A stretch of DNA of 32,919 nt from a virus. Lineage: Duplodnaviria > Heunggongvirae > Uroviricota > Caudoviricetes. The notes under the pieces were generated by a model. The model searched no databases. It was not told where the DNA came from and saw only the letters and a list, made by a program, of their open reading frames with translations. Position 1 is the stretch's first letter. Each line of letters begins with the position of its first letter. The stretch lies in the IMG/VR virus record IMGVR_UViG_2778261314_000004; one strand, written 5' to 3'. The translations under genes were made by a program, and so were the position numbers. Positions 1-7,290 of this stretch are shown piece by piece.

Positions 1-1053
1 TTACGGGGTAATGCCAACCGCTGCCGCCACTTTGTCGCCACTTGGCAGCGTTGCCAGAGGATTGAAACGGAGCGCCGTTTCCAGATGATCCGGTGCTAGA
101 TGTGCGTAACGCATCGTCATTTTTATATCGTGGTGTCCGAGAATTTTTTGTAAGGCCAGAATGTTTCCACCCGACATCATGAAGTGCGCCGCAAACGTAT
201 GGCGCAGAACGTGTGTGAGTTGACCGCGAGGGAGCACGATAGACGTTTTTTCCATCACGGATAAAAATTGAAAATAGCAGTCTGTGAAGAAATTGAACCC
301 ATCAAGCGCCATGATCTCTTCGTAAAGCTCTTTACTGATAGGGATGCTTCTGTTTTTCTTCCCTTTCGTTCTGACAAAGGTAATTCGGTATTTGGTCACC
401 TGTGAGCGGGTAAGATTTACGGCTTCACGCCAGCGTGCGCCTGTGCTTAAGCATATCTTAACTACCAGTGCCAGAATTGGGTCCTGACGTTTGCAATCAG
501 CCAGCAATTCAACAATCTGCTCATGGGTAAGCCATGCCATCTCTTTTTCTGCGATGGTGAATTTTCGCATGTTCTCCAGTGGGTTCGGATACGACCATTC
601 GCCCAGACGGGATAGTTCGCTAAAAACACTACTTAGATAGCTTTGCTCCAGGTTAATGGTGACCGGGCTGGCTCCTTTCTTCCATTTCTCGCTGAAGTAG
701 ATCTCACCTGTCAGTCGTTTATCTCGATAATGGGCAAACATTTTAGATGTGAGATCGGTTGCAAGGGGATTGCCCAGAGCGTCAACCATCAGCAGCAATT
801 TGTCATAGACATGCTGCCCAGCAGTCAGAGATTTACCATGTAGTTTGAACCATAGTTCAACCACGTCTTTCAGTGTTCGACGATCCACTGATTCACCCAG
901 CCAGGGCTTTGCTTCGGTTTCTTCCATCGTGTGGCGCTCAAAAGCCAGAGCTTCGCCTTTGGTGGCGAATTGTTTACGCACACGACGCCCACTGCGTCCG
1001 GCGGGGTAACATTCGCAAAGCCATTTTCCTGTGGTGAGTTTTCGTACTGCCAT
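1..1053 (-). CDS. int: Tyrosine integrase (P2/186-family), 350 aa
   Basis: Full minus-strand ORF whose stop codon is the first triplet of the window. C-terminal region has tyrosine-recombinase signature residues (LSTGARWREA; HVLRHTFAAH...RYAHL). Sits at the prophage end next to the repressor operon. Confidence 0.9.
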   Translation of the reverse strand: MAVRKLTTGKWLCECYPAGRSGRRVRKQFATKGEALAFERHTMEETEAKPWLGESVDRRTLKDVVELWFKLHGKSLTAGQHVYDKLLLMVDALGNPLATDLTSKMFAHYRDKRLTGEIYFSEKWKKGASPVTINLEQSYLSSVFSELSRLGEWSYPNPLENMRKFTIAEKEMAWLTHEQIVELLADCKRQDPILALVVKICLSTGARWREAVNLTRSQVTKYRITFVRTKGKKNRSIPISKELYEEIMALDGFNFFTDCYFQFLSVMEKTSIVLPRGQLTHVLRHTFAAHFMMSGGNILALQKILGHHDIKMTMRYAHLAPDHLETALRFNPLATLPSGDKVAAAVGITP

Positions 1054-1131
1054 AAAAAATGCCCTCCAGTGGAGAGCATTTTTACTGTATGTATAACCAG
1101 TGTCAATGTATGATGCTTGAGGTTACATACA

Positions 1132-1515
1132 TCATAAGTACCGATATGATTGCGGGGCCGTTATGTTATCACCTAATGAACTTAGATGAAGCGGTTGATC
1201 ATAGATTTTTAGATTGCCAATTTCTATAGCAAAGGCTTTTTCTTTGCTATGAAAATATGAGTCAAAAAATTGTTTGCTGATACCTGCGTATTGGCTTGTT
1301 TTTTCCCATACAATACTTGGCTTGTCTTCTATAACATCTGCAATGTCAAATTCAGCAACAACTTTACCGACAGGCATTGTTGAATAAATAACCACAGATT
1401 TTACATCCGGTTTTTTGAAAATTCCTTTTCGGAATTCAAATTTCTTTGTTCCATTAAGGATTTTTTCTACATGCTCTGGGTTAATTGACAATAATACTTT
1501 CATTGACGCCACCAA
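1132..1515 (-). CDS. Standalone ASCH-domain (PUA-like fold) protein, ~123-127 aa; alternative start at 1503
   Basis: Translation MKVLLSINPEHVEKILNGTKKFEFRKG...VVIYSTMPVGKVVAEFDIADV...AFAIEIGNLKIYDQP follows the pattern I recall for ASCH family proteins. AT-rich codon usage. Overlaps the upstream gene by 23-35 nt. Confidence 0.7.
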   Translation of the reverse strand: MVASMKVLLSINPEHVEKILNGTKKFEFRKGIFKKPDVKSVVIYSTMPVGKVVAEFDIADVIEDKPSIVWEKTSQYAGISKQFFDSYFHSKEKAFAIEIGNLKIYDQPLHLSSLGDNITAPQSYRYL

Positions 1516-2551
1516 GTTTAATAATGCTATTAAACTGTTCGTTTGTTAACTTCATGATCCCCCAGTAAGCTCGCGGGGATAATCCTACTTCAGAAATAAG
1601 TTTAGCACGATTTAGTCTTTTGGGCAAAGCAAGGTTATATGTAAAGCTTATAATATATGGGTATTTTTTTGTTCTATAAAAACTTTTAAGCTCAGATTCT
1701 GTAAAAACAGAATATCTAGAACAGTAATTTAGAAATTCTTTCTCTGTAACGAAAGAGTTTATATTTCTAACTTTTTCTACTACACATAAAGAAGTAGCAA
1801 CAGAACGGTAATATGCAGGCCCTTGATTATCGGATGTTCGGTATATAACGATTATATCGTTTGGCTTCATTAATTCAACATCTGACATGCCACAAATATA
1901 TACTTTTCTAATGCTATTTGCATATGATACATCAGCAACAACATCTGGTGACTCTGTAATTAATTTTGAGTCAGGGAATAAACGAGTATGAAATACGGGG
2001 TATATTGAAAGCAAGAATTTATTTTCACTGCCTCTGTTATTAATAAATGGATAATCTGACAGTATATCGCCCGTAAGAGCATTACTATTCATTTCTTTTA
2101 TTAGTACTCGCTCTACACCATTTTCAGATTCTTTTACTCCAATATCTATAAAGCCATAGATTTTGAATAGTCTAATTAAGTAGTCATGTTTTTCAAAAAC
2201 AGTCACATATATATTGTTAGCATTATTATCTAGAGCGTGATCGAATATTTTTTTTAAAAATCGTTGACCACGAAGAGTTCCTTTTGGATTAAATTTAAAT
2301 GTTCCAACTTTTAGATGAATACCATCAGGAATATTTGGTTTTGTATCTTCAATGATACCTACTTCTGTTTTTAGATACAAAAAACCATCAATTTTATTTT
2401 GTTCATCATAAAGGACATATGCATAATCATTTGATTTACATTTAGAATGGAACCAATCAATAAACCCATGAGCATAATCGGATTTTAAAGAGTCAAAAAA
2501 AACATCAGAAAAATCTACTTGATTAAAAGGTATGTATTTTAAGTTTTCCAT
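1481..2551 (-). CDS. Two-domain protein: N-terminal GNAT-like acetyltransferase fold (degenerate), C-terminal ASCH/PUA-like domain, 356 aa
   Basis: Long ORF in the AT-rich island. N-terminal half has GNAT-like secondary-structure rhythm (HLKVGTFKFNPKGTLRGQRFLKKIFDHALDNNANNIYVTVFE...LFKIYGFIDIG). C-terminal half resembles the ASCH pattern (IIVIYRTSD...SLCVVEKVRNI...FTESELKSFY...YIISFTYNLALPKRL). Start codon lies 2 nt after the stop of the upstream gene. Domain calls are by eye only. Confidence 0.55.
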   Translation of the reverse strand: MENLKYIPFNQVDFSDVFFDSLKSDYAHGFIDWFHSKCKSNDYAYVLYDEQNKIDGFLYLKTEVGIIEDTKPNIPDGIHLKVGTFKFNPKGTLRGQRFLKKIFDHALDNNANNIYVTVFEKHDYLIRLFKIYGFIDIGVKESENGVERVLIKEMNSNALTGDILSDYPFINNRGSENKFLLSIYPVFHTRLFPDSKLITESPDVVADVSYANSIRKVYICGMSDVELMKPNDIIVIYRTSDNQGPAYYRSVATSLCVVEKVRNINSFVTEKEFLNYCSRYSVFTESELKSFYRTKKYPYIISFTYNLALPKRLNRAKLISEVGLSPRAYWGIMKLTNEQFNSIIKLGGVNESIIVN

Positions 2552-2553
2552 GT

Positions 2554-3336
2554 TTACAATCCTATTTTAAAATCACATGATAAGCAAATTGATTTAGTTT
2601 TAGATATGACGGCGAGTGTTTTCCCCGGAGTTTGACAATTAGTACAAACATTCCAATTTTTCGGTTTTCCATCAATCTTATATATGTTGGCTAAAATATC
2701 ATCTAAAGGAAAAAATGTTTTCATCATGTCTATAATGCTTGCTGCATAGTTTTTCTTTGCCTCGACTAATTTTTGTTCAGGCATGTTTTTATCATTTATC
2801 AAGCAATGAACCAGGTTATTAAGAGGCTCTTGATATATCTCCTCTCGAAAAATTAGAAATGCACTTAAAAAGTCTTTACGTATTTCTTTATTATTACTTT
2901 TACCTAAGTGAATTACTTTATTTCTTTCTTTGCGCAAAATATCATAAATTTCATTAAAGCGCGGTGAAAGATTTCGCCCACTGATACTTTGTGCTATTCT
3001 ATGTAGCTCGGTTGCGTCTAATGTTGAACATTCGAAAAATGATTTGTTTTTATAGCAGTCTTTTACTTCTTTTAAAAGTAAATAAACACTATGCTCAGCA
3101 ATTATAGACTTTAGATATATTTCAGCAGAATTAAAGAGTATTACTAAGCCAGATTGAAAGAAACTCTCTTTTTCGGATATTAAGCGTTTCAGTCGTTGTT
3201 CTTCTGTTTCAGGTTGAGCTGGGGCTTGCAATAACTCAATGTCAGAATAAAAGTGTAAGTAGAATGTTTTAATGAAAAACTCAAGGTTCCTTTTGGCATA
3301 AAGAAGCATCTCTTCATTGTTAGGAAGGTCTGTCAT
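2554..3336 (-). CDS. HEPN-like protein (R-N-x3-H motif) with C-terminal CxxC...CxxC zinc ribbon, 260 aa
   Basis: ORF start ATG directly abuts the cI stop codon (TAA-ATG at 3334-3339) with AAGGA Shine-Dalgarno inside the cI 3' end. Contains LRKERNKVIHLG, matching the Rx4-6H HEPN catalytic motif. C-terminus has CTNCQ...CLSCDF. AT-rich. Confidence 0.5.
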   Translation of the reverse strand: MTDLPNNEEMLLYAKRNLEFFIKTFYLHFYSDIELLQAPAQPETEEQRLKRLISEKESFFQSGLVILFNSAEIYLKSIIAEHSVYLLLKEVKDCYKNKSFFECSTLDATELHRIAQSISGRNLSPRFNEIYDILRKERNKVIHLGKSNNKEIRKDFLSAFLIFREEIYQEPLNNLVHCLINDKNMPEQKLVEAKKNYAASIIDMMKTFFPLDDILANIYKIDGKPKNWNVCTNCQTPGKTLAVISKTKSICLSCDFKIGL

Positions 3337-4293
3337 TTAAATATCCTTATATATACCAAAACATTTTGCTATTACATTAATATCCGCTAATAGACATTCA
3401 AAAGTTGTACTTTCATTAGATACTTTTACTTTTGCAATTGGAATTCTGGTTAGATCTCTAACACTAAATTTTCCTTCGATTTCAACTAACCATTTTCCAT
3501 CGGTTACTTCATCAAATGCTTTGTCTGCAAGATATACATTTCCTTCATCTACTATAGATATGGGGTTTTTCACCTTGCTGGGTAACATGGTTTTATCAAA
3601 AGGGAGATAATTTGTATCAAACAACATACCATTTATAACTTTTTTCCGTGTGATAGCAATAATATCGCTCTTAGCGTCTTCAAAGACGGGACCATTACCG
3701 GTTGTTAGCCACATTAATGAAGCTCCGGTTTCAAGTGCGCACTGGATGATCCAATCAGCTGGAAAGGTATCTCTCATGTAACGATTGGCTAATGTGCTTT
3801 TTGAAACACCAATGTGATCCGCTAGAGCTTGCCTTGTCTTAAATCCATAGGCGATAACTATTCGCTCGATTGCCGCTTTTCCTCCTTGATTAACCTCAAT
3901 GAGGCTCTCGTTCTTTCGGTGAGTATTGTTCTCATTTGGGGATTTTGTGTCTAAAGTGAGAGAATGAATCTCCTTACCATCTTTATGGTGGTTCTGTTCT
4001 GTATTATGTGTGACAGCCTCTACTGTGTTATCGGTACCAAATGCCAACCATTCAACCGACACGCCAGTTTCCATGCTGCAGATTATGACCCAGTCGGCAG
4101 GGAAGGTATCACGAGCATATCTGTTCGCCATTGTGCTTTGGGATATCCCTAAGTGGTTACAGAATGCTTGACGTGAAGTGAAGCCATAAGCTTTCAAAAT
4201 TCGGTCAATGACCTGTTGCCCTCCACGATTCTGCATGATTACAGTTTTCATTGCATCATCAACATGGCGAAATGTGATTTTGTGTGTTGACAT
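3337..4293 (-). CDS. cI: 186-type CI immunity repressor with tandemly duplicated N-terminal HTH domain, 318 aa
   Basis: Two successive copies of an HTH module (RILKAYGFTSRQAFCNHLGISQSTMANRYARDTFPADWVIICSMETGVSVEWLAFG and RIVIAYGFKTRQALADHIGVSKSTLANRYMRDTFPADWIIQCALETGASLMWLTTG) followed by a C-terminal domain. Lies divergent from an apl/cII pair, as in phage 186. Confidence 0.8.
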   Translation of the reverse strand: MSTHKITFRHVDDAMKTVIMQNRGGQQVIDRILKAYGFTSRQAFCNHLGISQSTMANRYARDTFPADWVIICSMETGVSVEWLAFGTDNTVEAVTHNTEQNHHKDGKEIHSLTLDTKSPNENNTHRKNESLIEVNQGGKAAIERIVIAYGFKTRQALADHIGVSKSTLANRYMRDTFPADWIIQCALETGASLMWLTTGNGPVFEDAKSDIIAITRKKVINGMLFDTNYLPFDKTMLPSKVKNPISIVDEGNVYLADKAFDEVTDGKWLVEIEGKFSVRDLTRIPIAKVKVSNESTTFECLLADINVIAKCFGIYKDI

Positions 4294-4381
4294 ATCCGTT
4301 TTGCGATCCTATTCTCCGATTTGTGAAGTTGAAGTCACGATTAAAACCTGCTTATCACAAGACAATAGGAGATGTTGCATC
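4294..4381. promoter_or_regulatory. Lysis-lysogeny switch region (expected pR/pL promoters and operators) between divergent cI and apl
   Basis: 88-bp intergenic region between the divergent repressor and apl starts. Contains a short direct repeat tgaagttgaagt and AT-rich promoter-like hexamers. Individual promoters were not resolved. Confidence 0.4.
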
Positions 4382-4603
4382 ATGACCCCTAACATTTCAA
4401 TAACTCTGAATACGCCACACGTCACAATTGAGCGTTATAGCGAACTTACTGGTCTTTCGATCGACACAATCAACGATATGCTGGCTGACGGTCGCATCCC
4501 TCGGCATCGCCTTCGGAAAGACAAGAAAAGAGAAAAGGTGATGATCAACCTTGCTGCCCTTACCGTTGATGCACTTACTGATTGCAATGTTGTATTCAAC
4601 TAG
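4382..4603 (+). CDS. apl: Apl/Cox-like excisionase and transcriptional regulator (small HTH protein), 73 aa
   Basis: First rightward gene of the early operon, immediately upstream of cII. HTH-like segment [26 protein letters not shown]. Start taken at the internal ATG at 4382 of the longer tool ORF. Confidence 0.6.
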   Translation: MTPNISITLNTPHVTIERYSELTGLSIDTINDMLADGRIPRHRLRKDKKREKVMINLAALTVDALTDCNVVFN

Positions 4604-4635
4604 TTCCATTTTGGGATACATCAGGGGTGTCGACC

Positions 4636-5145
4636 ATGTTTGATTACCAAGTTTCCAAACATCCACATTTTGATGAAGCCTGTCGTGCATTCGCATTGCG
4701 CCACAACCTAGTGCAACTGGCAGAACGTGCTGGCATGAATGTGCAGATTCTGCGGAACAAGCTGAACCCAGCTCAACCTCATTTATTAACCGCACCAGAA
4801 ATCTGGCTGCTTACCGATCTGACTGAAGATTCAACGCTGGTAGATGGTTTTCTGGCTCAGATTCACTGCCTGCCATGCGTACCGATTAATGAGGTGGCAA
4901 AAGAGAAACTGCCACATTACGTCATGAGTGCAACCGCAGAGATCGGGCGTGTTGCTGCAGGTGCGGTATCTGGCGATGTAAAAACCAGTGCAGGTCGTCG
5001 TGATGCTATCAGCAGCATTAACTCTGTAACACGACTGATGGCGTTGGCTGCTGTTTCATTGCAGGCCCGTTTACAGGCTAACCCTGCGATGGCGAGTGCA
5101 GTTGATACCGTGACTGGCCTCGGTGCTTCATTCGGTTTGCTGTGA
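4636..5145 (+). CDS. cII: CII-like lysogeny establishment regulator (phage 186 CII family), 169 aa
   Basis: Translation from the internal ATG ([45 protein letters not shown]...) matches my recollection of 186 CII in sequence and length. Position after apl. Confidence 0.8.
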   Translation: MFDYQVSKHPHFDEACRAFALRHNLVQLAERAGMNVQILRNKLNPAQPHLLTAPEIWLLTDLTEDSTLVDGFLAQIHCLPCVPINEVAKEKLPHYVMSATAEIGRVAAGAVSGDVKTSAGRRDAISSINSVTRLMALAAVSLQARLQANPAMASAVDTVTGLGASFGLL

Positions 5146-5152
5146 GGTGCTT

Positions 5153-5449
5153 ATGCTGACGAAAGAACCATCATTTGCATCGCTGCTGGTAAAGCAAAGT
5201 CCGGCAATGCACTACGGTCACGGCTGGATCATGGGTGAGGATGGAAAACGCTGGCATCCATGTCATTCACAAGATGAATTGCTGTCTGAATTGACCACGA
5301 GGAAACGGAGAAAGTCAAAATGTATGCAGCGGAAAGTGAAGTGGTTTATCAGTTTCGTTACAGAGGGGAGAGTTATTCAGTACCTGAAGATGATTTGCTC
5401 TGTTGTTATCCGTCGTTGTCGGGCGATGGCAGTTACTTTTTCACGCTAA
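5153..5449 (+). CDS. Hypothetical early protein (position of 186 fil); 3' half overlaps the next ORF and may be over-extended
   Basis: ORF beginning MLTKEPSFASLLVKQSPAMHYGHGW... directly after cII. The C-terminal third is Arg/Cys-rich and looks less protein-like. Confidence 0.4.
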   Translation: MLTKEPSFASLLVKQSPAMHYGHGWIMGEDGKRWHPCHSQDELLSELTTRKRRKSKCMQRKVKWFISFVTEGRVIQYLKMICSVVIRRCRAMAVTFSR

Positions 5450-5544
5450 AGGATGGGACGTTTTTACGGGGAGAGCAGGTTAAAGAGACGATACGAAAAA
5501 ATGTATCTCCTCTTGAACGTTACCGTAAGAACAAAGAACGATAG
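5320..5544 (+). CDS. Hypothetical small early protein, 74 aa
   Basis: ATG preceded by GGAGAAAG Shine-Dalgarno. Protein-like composition (MYAAESEVVYQFRYRGESYSVPEDD...). Overlaps the preceding ORF in another frame. Confidence 0.45.
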   Translation: MYAAESEVVYQFRYRGESYSVPEDDLLCCYPSLSGDGSYFFTLKDGTFLRGEQVKETIRKNVSPLERYRKNKER

Positions 5545-5566
5545 TTGCGTTTTGGGGATATGAATT

Positions 5567-5908
5567 ATGGCAATTAATGGCGCTGCGGCGACTGTTCCAT
5601 TAAGCCCCGGTGAACGCCTGAATGGACTTAATCACATTGCGGAGTTAAGGGCGAAAGTTTTTGGTCTGAATATTGAGTCAGAGCTTGAGCGGTTTATTAA
5701 AGATATGCGTGATCCACGCGATATTAATAGCGAACAAAATAAACGGGCACTGGCTGCCATATTCTTTATGGCAAAAATTCCAGCTGAACGTCATAGCATC
5801 AGCATTAATGAGCTGACCACTGACGAAAAGCGGGAGTTGATTAAAGCAATGAATCATTTTCGTGCAGTAGTGAGCTTATTTCCCAGACGGCTAACCATGC
5901 CGAATTAA
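5567..5908 (+). CDS. Hypothetical early-region protein, 113 aa
   Basis: ORF with GGGGA Shine-Dalgarno about 8 nt upstream, in the early operon between cII and the replication genes. Confidence 0.55.
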   Translation: MAINGAAATVPLSPGERLNGLNHIAELRAKVFGLNIESELERFIKDMRDPRDINSEQNKRALAAIFFMAKIPAERHSISINELTTDEKRELIKAMNHFRAVVSLFPRRLTMPN

Positions 5909-5975
5909 CCAACTAATGAAATTAATGGCGTAAACCCGCCGGGCATCCCTTTATCTAAATTCAGGAGAATTGATT

Positions 5976-6209
5976 ATGCGTAATATTGAAACCCTCTCGA
6001 CCAAAACCGGACCGGATGACGCAGGGCTTAATATTTTACTGACAGAGGCTCGTCTGGAAGAACGCCGGGCAAGGGCTGAAGCAATGGCTGCTCGCCTCGA
6101 TAGCCTGGCGTGTCATATCACATCCCGCCAGCTAAACCACGTCGAAGCGGCAGAACTGCTGCGTGTGACTGCTGAAGCAATCCAGAACGAAGCGCAGGAG
6201 ATCCACTAA
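5976..6209 (+). CDS. Hypothetical early-region protein, 77 aa
   Basis: AGGAG Shine-Dalgarno 8 nt upstream of ATG at 5976. Its stop overlaps the next start (TAATG). Confidence 0.5.
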   Translation: MRNIETLSTKTGPDDAGLNILLTEARLEERRARAEAMAARLDSLACHITSRQLNHVEAAELLRVTAEAIQNEAQEIH

Positions 6210-6436
6210 TGGCTGATGCAATGGATCTCGTACAGCAGCGCGTTGAAGAAGAACGCCAGCGCCATATCCGTGCTGTCCGTGCCAAAACACCGGGCGTGTC
6301 ACGCGTACTTTGCATTGAATGTGAAGCGCCAATTCCGCCAGCACGACGCCGCGCCATTCCGGGAGTGCAGCTTTGCATTACCTGTCAGGAAATCGCAGAA
6401 CTGAAAGGCAAACATTACAACGGAGGTGCTGTATGA
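6209..6436 (+). CDS. TraR/DksA-family C4 zinc-finger protein, 75 aa
   Basis: CIECEAPIPPARRRAIPGVQLCITCQ gives CxxC-N17-CxxC, typical of the phage/plasmid TraR-like family. Translationally coupled to flanking genes. Confidence 0.75.
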   Translation: MADAMDLVQQRVEEERQRHIRAVRAKTPGVSRVLCIECEAPIPPARRRAIPGVQLCITCQEIAELKGKHYNGGAV

Positions 6437-7290
6437 GCACCATCCTGAAATGGGCGGGAAATAAAACCGCCATTATGGCAGAACTGAAAAAATACCTTCC
6501 TGCTGGCCCGCGACTGGTTGAACCTTTCGCGGGTTCCTGTGCAGTGATGATGGAGACGGATTACCCCAGCTATCTGGTTGCGGATATTAATCCTGATTTA
6601 ATCAACCTCTATAAAAAGGTTGCCGCTGATTGTGAATCGTTTATATCTCGCGCCAGAGTTTTATTTGAGAACGCAAACAGGGAGATGGCTTATTACAACA
6701 TAAGGCAGGAGTTTAATTACTCAACTGAAATTACTGATTTCATGAAAGCGGTATATTTCCTGTATCTCAATCGTCACGGTTACCGTGGTTTATGTCGCTA
6801 TAACAAGAGCGGGTATTTCAACATTCCCTACGGTAATTATAAAAATCCGTATTTCCCTGAAAAAGAAATTCGCGCATTTGCAGAGAAAGCCCAGCGGGCA
6901 ACGTTTATCTGCGCGAGCTTTGATGAAACGCTGGCGATGCTGCAGGTGGGGGATGTGGTGTATTGCGATCCGCCGTATGACGGTACGTTTTCCGGCTATC
7001 ACACTGATGGTTTCACTGAAGATGACCAGTATCACCTGGCATCCATTCTTGAACATCGGTCATCAGAAGGACATCCGGTCATTGTTTCTAACAATGACAC
7101 ATCCCTGATTCGTTCGCTGTATCGCAATTTTACTCACCACTATATCAAGGCAAAACGCAGCATCGGCGTGTCAGCTGGCGAGGGTAAATCTGCAACAGAA
7201 ATCATTGCTGTTTCCGGGCCGAGCTGCTGGTTGGGATTTGATCCTTCGCGTGGCGTGGATAGTTCTGCCGTGTACGGAGTGTGTGTATGA
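6433..7290 (+). CDS. dam: DNA adenine methyltransferase (Dam-like, N6-adenine), ~285 aa
   Basis: Start at internal ATG with GGAGG Shine-Dalgarno. N-terminal ILKWAGNK...EPFAGSCAV (SAM-binding) and catalytic DPPY motif ([10 protein letters not shown]). Confidence 0.9.
   Translation: MSTILKWAGNKTAIMAELKKYLPAGPRLVEPFAGSCAVMMETDYPSYLVADINPDLINLYKKVAADCESFISRARVLFENANREMAYYNIRQEFNYSTEITDFMKAVYFLYLNRHGYRGLCRYNKSGYFNIPYGNYKNPYFPEKEIRAFAEKAQRATFICASFDETLAMLQVGDVVYCDPPYDGTFSGYHTDGFTEDDQYHLASILEHRSSEGHPVIVSNNDTSLIRSLYRNFTHHYIKAKRSIGVSAGEGKSATEIIAVSGPSCWLGFDPSRGVDSSAVYGVCV

Noticed and set aside
643-1113. Small ORFs (60-78 aa, both strands) overlapping the integrase gene
   Set aside because: Nested in or antisense to the integrase ORF; no features suggesting real genes.
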